A DNA stretch of 64,000 bases from Escherichia coli (GCF_003019035.1 NZ_CP027447.1); one strand, 5' to 3'. Positions 8,540-19,420 are shown, counted from the first letter of the stretch. Made by a program: numbers and translations. Notes: a model not told the origin generated them from the letters alone.

Positions 8540-9126
8540 CAGGAGGCGTGATGGACAGGAAAACACGGGGCCGGGCTTCAAAAGTGGATTTACTGCCGGA
8601 AAACGTACGTAAAACGCTGCATGAAATGCTGCGTGATAAGGCGATCCCACAGGCCCGCATTCTGGAAGAAATTAACGCACTGATTGAAGACGCTGGCCTG
8701 CCGGATGAGATGAAACTCTCCCGTTCCGGTCTGAACCGTTACGCGACGAACGTCGAGCAGGTAGGCCATAACCTGCGACAGATGCGTGAAATGACGTCAG
8801 CACTGACCGCAGAACTTGGCGACAAGCCAATGGGAGAAACCACAAAGCTGATTCTGGAAATGGCCCGCAGCCAGCTTTTTAAGGCCATGATGCGGCAAAT
8901 CGAAAACCCGGAATCTGACGTGGATATTGACCTGCTGAAAAATGCCATGCTGGCGGCACAGCGTCTGGAATCCACGGCAATGTCCAGCCACCGGCGCGAG
9001 AAAGAAATCCGCCAGGCATTCGCAGAAGAAGCGGCAAACGCCGTCAGTGAAGAACTGCGCGGGCAGGATGGCATCAGCGAAGAGCTGGAGCAGCGTATCC
9101 GTGATGTGCTGCTGGGTAAGGCATGA
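8536..9126 (+). CDS. Putative terminase small subunit (Mu D / gp27 position)
   Basis: 196 aa; immediately upstream of the large terminase. Confidence 0.6.
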   Translation: MTGGVMDRKTRGRASKVDLLPENVRKTLHEMLRDKAIPQARILEEINALIEDAGLPDEMKLSRSGLNRYATNVEQVGHNLRQMREMTSALTAELGDKPMGETTKLILEMARSQLFKAMMRQIENPESDVDIDLLKNAMLAAQRLESTAMSSHRREKEIRQAFAEEAANAVSEELRGQDGISEELEQRIRDVLLGKA

Positions 9127-9133
9127 GAGGGTT

Positions 9134-10789
9134 ATGAACACCAGAGAAAACAACCTTAAAGCCCTTCATGCCCCCCGAAAAATCAACCTGCGTGAGGAAG
9201 CCGAACTGCTCGGCGTGAATATCGTGACCGATATCGGGGAAGCACAGCCCCGCAATGAACCGGTTTTTCTGGGCTATCAGCGCCGCTGGTTTGAGGATGA
9301 AAGCCAGATTTGCATCGCTGAAAAATCCCGTCGTACCGGTCTGACATGGGCCGAAGCGGGCCGCAATGTCATGACGGCAGCAAAGCCGCGCCGCCGTGGC
9401 GGTCGCAACGTCTTTTATGTGGGTTCCCGTCAGGAAATGGCGCTGGAATATATCGCCGCCTGTGCCCTGTTTGCCCGCGCCTTTAACCAGCTGGCAAAGG
9501 CTGATGTCTGGGAGCAGACCTTCTGGGACAGCGACAAAAAAGAAGAAATCCTCACTTATATGATCCGTTTCCCTAACAGCGGATTTAAGGTGCAGGCGCT
9601 GTCAAGCCGTCCGTCTAACCTGCGTGGTTTGCAGGGGGACGTGGTGATTGATGAGGCGGCATTTCATGAAGCCCTGGACGAACTCCTGAAAGCGGCCTTT
9701 GCTCTCACCATGTGGGGTGCCCGCGTGCGGATCATATCGACACATAACGGCGTCGATAACCTGTTTAACCAGTACATTCAGGATGCGCGCGAGGGGCGCA
9801 AGGATTACAGCGTTCACCGCATCACGCTGGATGATGCCATCGCTGACGGGTTGTACCGACGTATCTGTTACGTCACGAATCAGCCGTGGTCGCCGGAAGC
9901 GGAAAAAGCCTGGCGTGATGGCCTGTACCGGAATGCGCCGAATAAAGAGAGTGCCGACGAGGAATACGGCTGCATTCCTAAAAAATCCGGGGGCGCTTAT
10001 CTGTCACGCGTGCTGATTGAAGCCGCCATGACGCCAGCGCGGGATATCCCGATTCTGCGTTTTGAAGCCCCGGACGATTTTGAATCGCTGACACCACAAA
10101 TGCGCCACGGCATCGTTCAGGACTGGTGTGAACAGGAGCTGCTCCCGTTGCTCGATGCGCTGTCGCCGCTCAATAAACACGTACTGGGCGAAGACTTTGC
10201 ACGCCGTGGCGACCTGACGGTGTTTGTTCCGCTTGCCATCACTCCTGACTTACGCAAACGCGAATGTTTCCGCGTGGAGCTGCGTAATGTGACCTATGAC
10301 CAGCAGCGACAAATCCTTTTATTCATTCTGTCCCGTTTGCCCCGTTTTACCGGCGCTGCATTTGATGCCACCGGTAACGGCGGTTATCTGGCAGAAGCCA
10401 CCCGTCTGATTTATGGCCCGGAGATGATCGACTGTGTGAATCTGACCGCATCCTGGTATCAGGAGTGGATGCCAAAACTGAAAGGCGAGTTTGAAGCGCA
10501 GAACATCACGATTGCCCGGCACCAGACCACTCTTGATGACCTGCTCCACATCAAGGTGGACAAAGGTATTCCGCAGATTGATAAGGGGCGCACAAAAGAT
10601 GAAGGTGGTAAAGGCCGACGACATGGCGACTTTGCCGTGGCGCTCTGTATGGCTGTCAGAGCGTCTTATATGAATGGTTTTGTTATCGACGAGGACAGCA
10701 TACAGGCGCTGCCACCACGCCACCGTGGTGATGATGTTGATAACGATGATTTTGATGATTATCACCAGTTTGAACGAGGGGGCTGGTAA
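9134..10789 (+). CDS. E: Terminase large subunit
   Basis: ATG at 9134 (MNTRENNLKAL...), 551 aa; the six-frame ORF start at 8942 is an in-frame upstream extension overlapping the previous gene. Confidence 0.85.
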   Translation: MNTRENNLKALHAPRKINLREEAELLGVNIVTDIGEAQPRNEPVFLGYQRRWFEDESQICIAEKSRRTGLTWAEAGRNVMTAAKPRRRGGRNVFYVGSRQEMALEYIAACALFARAFNQLAKADVWEQTFWDSDKKEEILTYMIRFPNSGFKVQALSSRPSNLRGLQGDVVIDEAAFHEALDELLKAAFALTMWGARVRIISTHNGVDNLFNQYIQDAREGRKDYSVHRITLDDAIADGLYRRICYVTNQPWSPEAEKAWRDGLYRNAPNKESADEEYGCIPKKSGGAYLSRVLIEAAMTPARDIPILRFEAPDDFESLTPQMRHGIVQDWCEQELLPLLDALSPLNKHVLGEDFARRGDLTVFVPLAITPDLRKRECFRVELRNVTYDQQRQILLFILSRLPRFTGAAFDATGNGGYLAEATRLIYGPEMIDCVNLTASWYQEWMPKLKGEFEAQNITIARHQTTLDDLLHIKVDKGIPQIDKGRTKDEGGKGRRHGDFAVALCMAVRASYMNGFVIDEDSIQALPPRHRGDDVDNDDFDDYHQFERGGW

Positions 10790-12327
10790 TGGGCCGTATT
10801 CTGGATATTTCCGGGCAGCCGTTTGATTTTGACGATGAAATGCAGACCCGCAGCGATGAGCTGGCAATGGTCATGAAGCGTACGCAGGAGCATCCTTCCA
10901 GTGGTGTGACGCCGAACCGGGCCGCGCAGATGCTGCGTGATGCCGAACGCGGTGATCTGACCGCACAGGCTGACCTGGCCTTTGATATGGAAGAAAAGGA
11001 CACCCACCTTTTTTCCGAACTGAGCAAGCGCCGCCTTGCCATTCAGGCGCTGGAATGGCGCATCGCTCCGGCACGTGATGCCAGCGCACAGGAGAAAAAA
11101 GACGCCGACATGCTGAATGAATATCTGCATGATGCGGCGTGGTTTGAAGATGCCCTGTTTGATGCCGGTGATGCCATTCTCAAGGGTTATTCCATGCAGG
11201 AGATTGAATGGGGCTGGCTGGGCAAAATGCGCGTGCCGGTGGCGCTGCATCATCGCGATCCGGCGCTGTTCTGTGCGAACCCCGACAATCTGAACGAATT
11301 ACGCCTGCGTGATGCGTCTTATCACGGGCTGGAGCTGCAACCGTTCGGCTGGTTTATGCACCGGGCCAAATCCCGCACCGGGTATGTCGGCACCAATGGC
11401 CTTGTGCGCACGCTTATCTGGCCTTTTATTTTTAAAAACTATTCCGTGCGTGATTTTGCAGAGTTTCTGGAAATTTACGGACTCCCCATGCGCGTTGGTA
11501 AATATCCGACCGGCTCAACGAACCGCGAGAAAGCCACGCTGATGCAGGCCGTGATGGATATCGGGCGACGTGCCGGTGGCATTATTCCGATGGGGATGAC
11601 GCTGGATTTTCAGAGCGCCGCAGATGGTCAGTCAGACCCTTTTATGGCGATGATTGGCTGGGCAGAAAAAGCGATTTCAAAAGCCATTCTGGGCGGCACC
11701 CTGACCACAGAGGCTGGCGATAAAGGTGCGAGGTCGCTGGGTGAAGTGCATGATGAGGTTCGCCGGGAAATCCGTAACGCGGATGTGGGCCAGCTTGCCC
11801 GCAGTATTAACCGTGACCTGATTTATCCCCTGCTGGCACTGAACAGTGACAGCACCATTGATATTAACCGCCTGCCGGGCATTGTATTTGATACCAGTGA
11901 AGCGGGTGATATTACGGCACTGTCTGACGCCATTCCGAAACTGGCGGCGGGAATGCGTATTCCGGTTTCCTGGATACAGGAAAAACTTCATATTCCACAA
12001 CCGGTCGGTGATGAAGCCGTGTTTACTGCTCAACCGGTTGTCCCGGATAACGGTCCGCAGAAAGAGGCCGCATTATCCGCTGAAGATATCCCGCAGGAGG
12101 ATGATATCGACCGGATGGGCGTCTCACCGGAAGACTGGCAGCGTTCGGTTGATCCCCTGCTGAAACCCGTCATTTTTTCTGTGCTGAAAGATGGCCCGGA
12201 AGCCGCCATGAACAAAGCTGCTTCATTATATCCGCAGATGGATGATGCAGAACTTATCGACATGCTGACCCGTGCCATTTTTGTTGCCGATATATGGGGG
12301 CGTCTGGATGCCGCAGCAGACCATTGA
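10789..12327 (+). CDS. H: Portal protein
   Basis: 512 aa; position after terminase matches Mu. Confidence 0.85.
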   Translation: MGRILDISGQPFDFDDEMQTRSDELAMVMKRTQEHPSSGVTPNRAAQMLRDAERGDLTAQADLAFDMEEKDTHLFSELSKRRLAIQALEWRIAPARDASAQEKKDADMLNEYLHDAAWFEDALFDAGDAILKGYSMQEIEWGWLGKMRVPVALHHRDPALFCANPDNLNELRLRDASYHGLELQPFGWFMHRAKSRTGYVGTNGLVRTLIWPFIFKNYSVRDFAEFLEIYGLPMRVGKYPTGSTNREKATLMQAVMDIGRRAGGIIPMGMTLDFQSAADGQSDPFMAMIGWAEKAISKAILGGTLTTEAGDKGARSLGEVHDEVRREIRNADVGQLARSINRDLIYPLLALNSDSTIDINRLPGIVFDTSEAGDITALSDAIPKLAAGMRIPVSWIQEKLHIPQPVGDEAVFTAQPVVPDNGPQKEAALSAEDIPQEDDIDRMGVSPEDWQRSVDPLLKPVIFSVLKDGPEAAMNKAASLYPQMDDAELIDMLTRAIFVADIWGRLDAAADH

Positions 12328-13627
12328 TCTGGCGTATGCCGCACGCCTCCCGCCAAAGGAGGCTGTCGCGTATTTCCGCGCCAAAGGCTACAACATCACC
12401 TGGAACTGGTACGAACAACTGGCAGACGCGCACGCCCGCGCCTTTACCGTTGCCAAAGCCACCCGGATGGATGTCCTGACCACAATCCGTGAGGAAGTGG
12501 AGCGGGCTGTCAGTGAAGGCATCACCCGTGAGGAATTTACCCGCACACTGGCCCCCCGGCTGCAAAAACTCGGATGGTGGGGAAAACAAATCATCGTGGA
12601 TGCAGACGGAAACGCGAAGGTAATCGAGCTGGGCAGTCCGCGTCGTCTGGCAACCATTTATAACGTCAATACCCGTACGGCGTATGGGGCAGGACGTTAT
12701 GCGCAGATGATGAATACCGCCGATTTGTACCCGTACTGGCAGTACGTTGCCGTTATGGATGGCAGAACACGCCCGGAACATGCGCGGCTGCACAATATGG
12801 TTTTCCGGTATGACGACATTTTCTGGCAGACGCATTACCCGCCCAATGGCTGGAACTGCCGCTGTCGCGTCCGGGCGCTGTCTGCGGCCCGCATGAAAGA
12901 ACTGGGGCTACAGGTCAGTTATGGTGCGTCATTCATGAATACCCGCGAAGTGGATGCCGGTACGGATGAAAGCACCGGAGAGATTTTCCGCACATCGTCA
13001 ACCACGTTTGACAACGGTCGGGTAAAAATGACGCCAGATGTGGGCTGGTCATATAACCCTGGTTCGGCGGCATTTGGTACGGATCAGGCACTGATTCGAA
13101 AACTGGTGGAAATTCGCGACGCGCAGTTGCGTGAGCAGGTTGTTCAGACGCTGAATAACAGCCGGGAGCGTCAGCTTGCTTTTTCCCTCTGGCTTAAACG
13201 CTTGGCAGGATCACGTCAGACCGGTCATGAAATCTGGGCACTGGGTTTTATGACGGAATCGGTAGCTGAAGCCGTACATCAGCGCACCGGGAATATGCCA
13301 GCCCGTCTGCTTGTGATGAACGGGAAAAGTCTGGCGACCACTGCTGATGCCGCCCTGAAACCGGAGGATTTACAGCATCTGCCGTCGCTGATGGCAAAAC
13401 CACAGGCAGTATTGTGGGACAGGGAGAACCACCAGTTGCTGTATGTTGTGGCAACCCGTGACGGCATGGCCCGGATTGTGGTCAGAACATCACAGACAGT
13501 CGGCAGGCAGAATGACCGTGCGGATGTGCTGGTCAGTATCAGCCGCGTATCTGCACAGTCGCTTGAAACCGCGATTGCTGACGGGATGATTGACGTACTG
13601 GAGGGGCATGTGGAGGTGAATAAGTGA
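12272..13627 (+). CDS. F: Head morphogenesis protein (Mu F-like)
   Basis: 451-aa ORF; true start may be the internal ATG at 12308. Confidence 0.8.
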   Translation: MPFLLPIYGGVWMPQQTIDLAYAARLPPKEAVAYFRAKGYNITWNWYEQLADAHARAFTVAKATRMDVLTTIREEVERAVSEGITREEFTRTLAPRLQKLGWWGKQIIVDADGNAKVIELGSPRRLATIYNVNTRTAYGAGRYAQMMNTADLYPYWQYVAVMDGRTRPEHARLHNMVFRYDDIFWQTHYPPNGWNCRCRVRALSAARMKELGLQVSYGASFMNTREVDAGTDESTGEIFRTSSTTFDNGRVKMTPDVGWSYNPGSAAFGTDQALIRKLVEIRDAQLREQVVQTLNNSRERQLAFSLWLKRLAGSRQTGHEIWALGFMTESVAEAVHQRTGNMPARLLVMNGKSLATTADAALKPEDLQHLPSLMAKPQAVLWDRENHQLLYVVATRDGMARIVVRTSQTVGRQNDRADVLVSISRVSAQSLETAIADGMIDVLEGHVEVNK

Positions 13628-14094
13628 GTCTTGATATGAACGTTGCCGTGGATGTGCGACGTATTCAGCTTGCACTGGATGAACTGGGAACCGTTACACG
13701 TGACCGCGCCATTCCCCGTGTGATGGCTGCGGCGCTGCTGTCATCCACGGAACAGGCATTTGAACGGCAGGCAGACCCGGATACAGGGAAAGGCTGGGAA
13801 GCGTGGAGCGATTCGTGGCAGGCATGGCGTCAGGATCATGGTTTTGTTCCGGGCAGTATCCTTACCCTGCATGGCGATCTGGCACGCAGCATTACCACCG
13901 ATTATGGACAGGATTATGCCCTGATTGGTTCGCCAAAAATTTATGCTGCCATTCATCAGTGGGGCGGTACACCCGATATGGCACCCCGCCCGGCAGGCGT
14001 TCCTGCGCGTCCTTATATGGGGCTGGATAAGACCGGGGAACAGGAAATTTTTGATGCCATCAGAAAACGCGTCAGCGCTGCTCTGAGGCAATAA
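13624..14094 (+). CDS. G: Virion morphogenesis protein (Mu G-like)
   Basis: 156 aa; position matches Mu. Confidence 0.7.
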   Translation: MSLDMNVAVDVRRIQLALDELGTVTRDRAIPRVMAAALLSSTEQAFERQADPDTGKGWEAWSDSWQAWRQDHGFVPGSILTLHGDLARSITTDYGQDYALIGSPKIYAAIHQWGGTPDMAPRPAGVPARPYMGLDKTGEQEIFDAIRKRVSAALRQ

Positions 14095-14290
14095 ACTGAA
14101 TCAGACATGAAATCAGCTGCACAGATTTTTTAAAACGCGCCACGGGATTTTTAAACCGGTATTTAACGGTGTATGAATCCCGTTTTATCTTCCTTCCACT
14201 TTCTTTCTCCATTACTCAAATAGCATAACCCCAGATTTTCCCGCACCTCCCGCAAACTGACTGCTCACAAACCATGATGAGCAGCAGGAC
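14095..14290 (+). promoter_or_regulatory. G-I intergenic region: late promoter P-I and expected location of the Mu strong gyrase site
   Basis: Only sizeable non-coding gap in the structural block; CATAACCCC...CCCGCACCT motif at 14224-14250. Confidence 0.5.
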
Positions 14291-15376
14291 ATGAAAAAAC
14301 ACGCGATTGGCATTGCCGCACTGAGTGCGCTGTCCATTGACGATGACGGCTGGTGCCAGCTATTGCCTGCCGGTCATTTCAGTGCCCGTGATGGTCGTCC
14401 GTTTGATGTGACAGACGGTCAGGGGTGGTTCATCGACGGTGAGATTGCCGGGCGTCTGGTTGAAGGCGTTCGCGCGCTCAACCAGGACGTGCTGATTGAT
14501 TACGAGCATAACCAGCTACGTAAGGACAAAGGATTACCCCCGGAACAACTCGTCGCGGCTGGCTGGTTTAACGCCGATGAAATGCAGTGGCGTGAAGGTG
14601 AAGGGTTATTTATCCACCCACGCTGGACGGCGGCGGCCCAGCAGCGCATCGATGACGGCGAATTTGGTTATCTCTCTGCGGTTTTTCCGTATGACACCGC
14701 CACCGGTGCAGTGCTGCAAATCCGCCTTGCTGCGCTGACCAATGACCCCGGTGCCACCGGCATGAAAAAGCTGACCGCACTGGCGGCAGACCTTCCCGAC
14801 ATCCTTCAACAGGAGAACAAACCCATGAATGAAACGCTGCGCAAGCTGCTTGCGCGTCTTGGGGTGACGGTCCCCGAAAATGCAGACATCACCGATGAAC
14901 AGGCCAGCGCGGCCCTGAGTGCGCTTGATGCGCTCGAAACAGATGCCGGAAAAGTGGCGGCGTTGTCTGCCGAACTGGAAAAGGCACAGAAAGCCGCCGT
15001 TGACCTGACGAAATACGTCCCGGTGGAAAGCTACAACGCCCTGCGTGATGAACTGGCACAGGCGACTGCACAAAGCGCCACAGCCAGCCTGAGCGCCGTT
15101 CTGGACAAGGCGGAACAGGAAGGCCGCATTTTCAAAAGCGAACGTACCTATCTGGAACAGCTTGGCGGTCAGATTGGCGTGGCGGCACTGTCGGCACAGC
15201 TTGAGAAAAAACAGCCTATCGCTGCGTTATCTGCCATGCAGACCACCACAGCGAAAATCCCGTCGCAGGAAAAAACGGCGGTGGCGGTGCTGTCTGCTGA
15301 TGAACAGGCAGCAGTGAAGGCGCTCGGCATTACAGAGGCTGAGTATCTGAAAATGAAACAGGAACAAGAAAAATGA
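14291..15376 (+). CDS. I: Head protease / scaffold protein (Mu I; in-frame C-terminal Z scaffold expected)
   Basis: 361 aa; Ala/Glu-rich coiled-coil C-terminus typical of scaffolds. Confidence 0.8.
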   Translation: MKKHAIGIAALSALSIDDDGWCQLLPAGHFSARDGRPFDVTDGQGWFIDGEIAGRLVEGVRALNQDVLIDYEHNQLRKDKGLPPEQLVAAGWFNADEMQWREGEGLFIHPRWTAAAQQRIDDGEFGYLSAVFPYDTATGAVLQIRLAALTNDPGATGMKKLTALAADLPDILQQENKPMNETLRKLLARLGVTVPENADITDEQASAALSALDALETDAGKVAALSAELEKAQKAAVDLTKYVPVESYNALRDELAQATAQSATASLSAVLDKAEQEGRIFKSERTYLEQLGGQIGVAALSAQLEKKQPIAALSAMQTTTAKIPSQEKTAVAVLSADEQAAVKALGITEAEYLKMKQEQEK

Positions 15377-16290
15377 TTGTCACCCCGGCATCCATTAAAG
15401 CCCTGATGACCTCCTGGCGTAAGGATTTTCAGGGCGGTCTTGAAGACGCCCCGTCGCAGTACAGCAAAATTGCAATGGTGGTGAACTCCTCCTCCCGCAG
15501 TAATACCTATGGCTGGCTGGGTAAATTCCCTGCCATGAAAGAATGGGTGGGTAAGCGAACCATTCAGCAAATGGCAGCGCATGGCTACTCCATCGCCAAT
15601 AAAACGTTTGAAGGCACCGTGGGCGTAAGCCGTGATGACTTCGAGGATGACAATCTGGGCATTTATGCGCCGATGTTTCAGGAGATGGGCCGTTCTGCGG
15701 CAGTTCAGCCGGATGAGCTGATTTTTAAACTTCTGAAAGATGGCTTTACCCAGCCGTGCTATGACGGTCAGAACTTCTTCGACAAGGAGCATCCGGTATA
15801 TCCGAATGTGGACGGCACGGGCAGCGCGGTTAATACCTCCAACATCGTTGAGCAGGACAGCTTCAGCGGTCTGCCGTTCTATCTGCTGGACTGCTCCCGC
15901 GCAGTCAAACCGCTGATTTTCCAGGAGCGCCGCAAACCGGAACTGGTCGCACGTACCCGTATCGATGACGACCACGTTTTTATGGATAACGAGTTCCTGT
16001 TTGGTGCCAGCGCCCGCCGTGCTGCCGGTTACGGCTTCTGGCAGATGGCTGTCGCGGTAAAAGGTGATCTGACGCTGGATAACCTCTGGAAGGGCTGGCA
16101 ACTGATGCGTGCGTTTGAAGGTGATGGCGGTAAGAAGCTGGGCCTGAAGCCGACACATATCGTTGTACCGGTCGGGCTGGAAAAAGCCGCAGAGCAACTG
16201 CTTAACCGTGAACTGTTCGCGGATGGCAATACCACCGTCTCCAACGAGATGAAGGGCAAGCTGCAACTGGTTGTCGCTGACTACCTGTAA
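15373..16290 (+). CDS. T: Major head subunit
   Basis: 305 aa; position matches Mu T. Confidence 0.85.
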   Translation: MIVTPASIKALMTSWRKDFQGGLEDAPSQYSKIAMVVNSSSRSNTYGWLGKFPAMKEWVGKRTIQQMAAHGYSIANKTFEGTVGVSRDDFEDDNLGIYAPMFQEMGRSAAVQPDELIFKLLKDGFTQPCYDGQNFFDKEHPVYPNVDGTGSAVNTSNIVEQDSFSGLPFYLLDCSRAVKPLIFQERRKPELVARTRIDDDHVFMDNEFLFGASARRAAGYGFWQMAVAVKGDLTLDNLWKGWQLMRAFEGDGGKKLGLKPTHIVVPVGLEKAAEQLLNRELFADGNTTVSNEMKGKLQLVVADYL

Positions 16291-16298
16291 CCGTCATT

Positions 16299-16324
16299 AA
16301 AAGGCGGTTCAGACCGCCTTTTAA
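16299..16324 (+). terminator. Hairpin after the major head gene
   Basis: AAAAGGCGGT-TCAG-ACCGCCTTTT. Confidence 0.5.
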
Positions 16325-16356
16325 CCTGATTTAAAGGAAAAGGAGGAGCATGTGTT

Positions 16357-16767
16357 ATGTCAGGCACTTCGCTTAATTCACAACGGCTGGACACTTCTCG
16401 CATCACTTGCACGGCGATTATTAAATGCCTTCGTCCGGTCTACCGCCGCGCCGGAATCGCCTTTACACGTGGCGAAAACACCGTGGAAGTCACCGAAGAA
16501 CAACTGGCGATCATTCGTGCCGACAGCGTGCTGTCTGTGGTATCTGCATCGTCAGCAGAAACGCTCGCTGAGGCTGGGGGGCTGGACGTTCTGGGTATGG
16601 GCGATCTGAACGCCCGTATCCGTGCGACCGTTGCCGGTCTGGATAAGGCAAACCCGGAACACTTTACCGCAGGGGGGGAACCCAAAGTGAAAGCCGTCAG
16701 TGCGGCGCTGGGGGAACCGGTGAGCAGTGCGCAAATCAAAGCGGCGCTGGCTGAGGCGGATGCATGA
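16357..16767 (+). CDS. Hypothetical head-associated protein (Mu gp35 position)
   Basis: ATG at 16357 preceded by GGAGG. Confidence 0.55.
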   Translation: MSGTSLNSQRLDTSRITCTAIIKCLRPVYRRAGIAFTRGENTVEVTEEQLAIIRADSVLSVVSASSAETLAEAGGLDVLGMGDLNARIRATVAGLDKANPEHFTAGGEPKVKAVSAALGEPVSSAQIKAALAEADA

Positions 16768-17189
16768 ATTACGCGACGGTAAATGACCTGTGCGCCCGCT
16801 ATACACGTACGCGGCTGGATATTCTCACCCGCCCTAAAACAGCGGACGGGCAGCCGGATGATGCCGTGGCAGAACAGGCACTGGCAGATGCTTCGGCCTT
16901 TATTGATGGCTATCTCGCCGCGCGCTTTGTTCTGCCGCTTACCGTCGTCCCCTCACTGCTGAAACGGCAGTGTTGCGTGGTGGCCTGGTTTTATCTGAAT
17001 GAATCACAACCCACCGAGCAGATCACCGCTGCCTACAGGGACACAGTGCGCTGGCTGGAACAGGTGCGCGATGGCAAAACAGATCCCGGCGTGGAAAGCA
17101 GGACGGCAGCCTCGCCGGATGGTGAAAACCTTGTGCAGGTGCAGTCTGACGCGCCGGTCTTCTCACGAAAACAGAAGGGGTTTATCTGA
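16764..17189 (+). CDS. J: Head-tail connector / completion protein (Mu J position)
   Basis: 141-aa ORF; assignment by synteny. Confidence 0.55.
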   Translation: MNYATVNDLCARYTRTRLDILTRPKTADGQPDDAVAEQALADASAFIDGYLAARFVLPLTVVPSLLKRQCCVVAWFYLNESQPTEQITAAYRDTVRWLEQVRDGKTDPGVESRTAASPDGENLVQVQSDAPVFSRKQKGFI

Positions 17190-17737
17190 TGCTGGAAGAA
17201 ACCGAAGCCGCACTGCTGGCGCGCGTTCGTGAGTTGTTTGGGGCAACCCTGCGGCAGGTGGAACCCCTTACCGGCACATGGACTAACGAGGATGTGCACC
17301 GTCTCTTTCTGGCCCCGCCATCGGTATTTCTGGCATGGATGGGCTGTGGTGAGGGGCGTACGCGTCGGGAAGTTGAAAGTCGCTGGGCATTTTTTGTCGT
17401 GGCGGAGTTGCTGAACGGGGAACCGGTAAACCGGCCCGGTATTTATCAGATTGTGGAGCGACTGATTGCCGGTGTTAACGGTCAGACGTTTGGCCCGACC
17501 ACCGGGATGAGACTGACGCAGGTCAGAAATCTTTGTGACGACAACCGTATCAATGCCGGTGTGGTGCTTTACGGCGTTCTGTTCAGTGGCACTACCCCGC
17601 TGCCGTCCGTGGTGGACATGGATTCGCTGGATGATTACGAGCGTCACTGGCAGACCTGGAAATTCCCGGACGAAACCCCGGAATTTGCCGCACATATCAA
17701 TGTGAATCAGGAAAAGGATCATGATGCTGAAAATTAA
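17189..17737 (+). CDS. K: Tail completion / terminator protein (Mu K position)
   Basis: 182-aa ORF; assignment by synteny. Confidence 0.55.
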   Translation: MLEETEAALLARVRELFGATLRQVEPLTGTWTNEDVHRLFLAPPSVFLAWMGCGEGRTRREVESRWAFFVVAELLNGEPVNRPGIYQIVERLIAGVNGQTFGPTTGMRLTQVRNLCDDNRINAGVVLYGVLFSGTTPLPSVVDMDSLDDYERHWQTWKFPDETPEFAAHINVNQEKDHDAEN

Positions 17738-17927
17738 ACCCGCAGCGGGAAAAGCCATCCGTGACCCGCTCACGATGAAATTACTGGCTCCGGAGGGAGA
17801 AGAAAAGCCCCGTAACAGTTTCTGGATACGTCGCCTTGCTGCCGGTGATGTGGTTGAAGTCGGGAGCACCGAAAACACGGCGGATGATACCGACGCTGCG
17901 CCGAAAAAACGGAGTAAATCGAAATGA
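17721..17927 (+). CDS. Small hypothetical protein (Mu gp38 position)
   Basis: 68-aa ORF. Confidence 0.45.
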
Positions 17928-19411
17928 GCGATATTTCATTTAACGCGATCCCGTCAGATGTTCGCGTTCCTCTGACGTATATCGAATTTGATAACAGTAA
18001 TGCCGTCAGCGGAACACCGGCACCCCGTCAGCGCGTGCTGATGTTCGGGCAAAGCGGAAGTAAAGCCAGTGCGGCACCAAACGTGCCTGTCCGTATCCGT
18101 TCCGGCTCACAGGCCAGTGCGGCGTTTGGTCAGGGTTCCATGCTGGCACTGATGGCAGATGCATTCCTGAACGCTAACCGCGTGGCGGAGCTGTGGTGTA
18201 TTCCGCAGGGGAACGGCACCGGTAATGCGGCTGTCGGTGAAATTTCACTGTCAGGAACGGCAGGCGAAAACGGCTCGCTTGTGACTTACATTGCCGGTCA
18301 GCGACTGGCGGTATCTGTCGCAGCAGGTGCAACGGGAGCGGCGCTGGCTGACCTGCTGGTTGCCCGAATCAAAGGCCAGCCTGATTTACCGGTGACGGCA
18401 GAAGTTCGCGCAGACAGCGGGGATGATGACACCCATGCAGATGTGGTTCTGAGTGCAAAATTTACGGGTGCATTATCTGCCGTGGACGTGCGCTGGAACT
18501 ATTACGCGGGTGAAACGACCCCTTACGGGATTATCACGGCATTCAAAGCCGCCTCCGGGAAAAATGGCAACCCGGATATCAGCGCAAGTATCGCGGGAAT
18601 GGGCGATCTGCAATACAAATATATTGTGATGCCCTATACCGATGAACCGAACCTGAATCTGTTACGCACTGAATTGCAGGAACGCTGGGGACCGGTCAAT
18701 CAGGCTGATGGCTTTGCTGTGACAGTGCTGTCCGGCACGTATGGGGACATTTCCACGTTTGGTGTCAGCCGTAATGACCATCTGATTTCCTGTATGGGGA
18801 TTGCCGGTGCACCGGAACCGTCATATCTGTACGCCGCCACACTGTGTGCCGTTGCCAGCCAGGCGCTTTCCATCGACCCGGCGCGTCCACTCCAGACGCT
18901 GACGTTGCCCGGAAGAATGCCGCCTGCGGTGGGGGATCGTTTCACCTGGTCAGAACGTAATGCGCTGCTGTTTGACGGCATCTCCACGTTTAACGTGAAT
19001 GATGGTGGTGAAATGCAGATTGAACGCATGATCACGATGTACCGCACAAACAAGTACGGTGACAGCGATCCGTCTTATCTGAACGTGAATACCATCGCCA
19101 CGCTGAGTTATCTGCGTTATTCGCTGCGAACCCGCATCACGCAGAAATTCCCGAACTACAAGCTGGCAAGTGATGGCACCCGCTTTGCCACCGGTCAGGC
19201 CGTGGTGACGCCATCCGTGATCAAAACGGAGCTGCTGGCACTGTTTGAAGAATGGGAAAACGCCGGACTGGTCGAGGATTTCGACACGTTCAAAGAGGAG
19301 CTGTATGTGGCACGTAACAAGGACGACAAAGACCGTCTTGATGTGCTGTGCGGCCCGAATCTGATTAACCAGTTCCGCATTTTCGCGGCACAAGTTCAGT
19401 TCATTCTGTAA
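17924..19411 (+). CDS. L: Contractile tail sheath protein
   Basis: 495 aa; followed by a tube-sized gene. Confidence 0.85.
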
Positions 19412-19420
19412 GGAGCATTT

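Noticed and set aside
8942-9133. Upstream extension of the terminase ORF starting at 8942
   Set aside because: It overlaps the preceding gene in another frame; the ATG at 9134 directly after the upstream stop gives a standard-length terminase.
15169-16266. Long minus-strand ORFs (365 aa here; also 18950-19759, 17033-17878, 7459-8334, 4889-5548, 12254-12835) lying antisense inside the phage structural genes
   Set aside because: They are fully contained within well-supported plus-strand genes in a tightly packed operon, have no ribosome-binding sites, and show low-complexity Arg/Gly/Ala-rich translations typical of antisense frames in GC-rich coding DNA.
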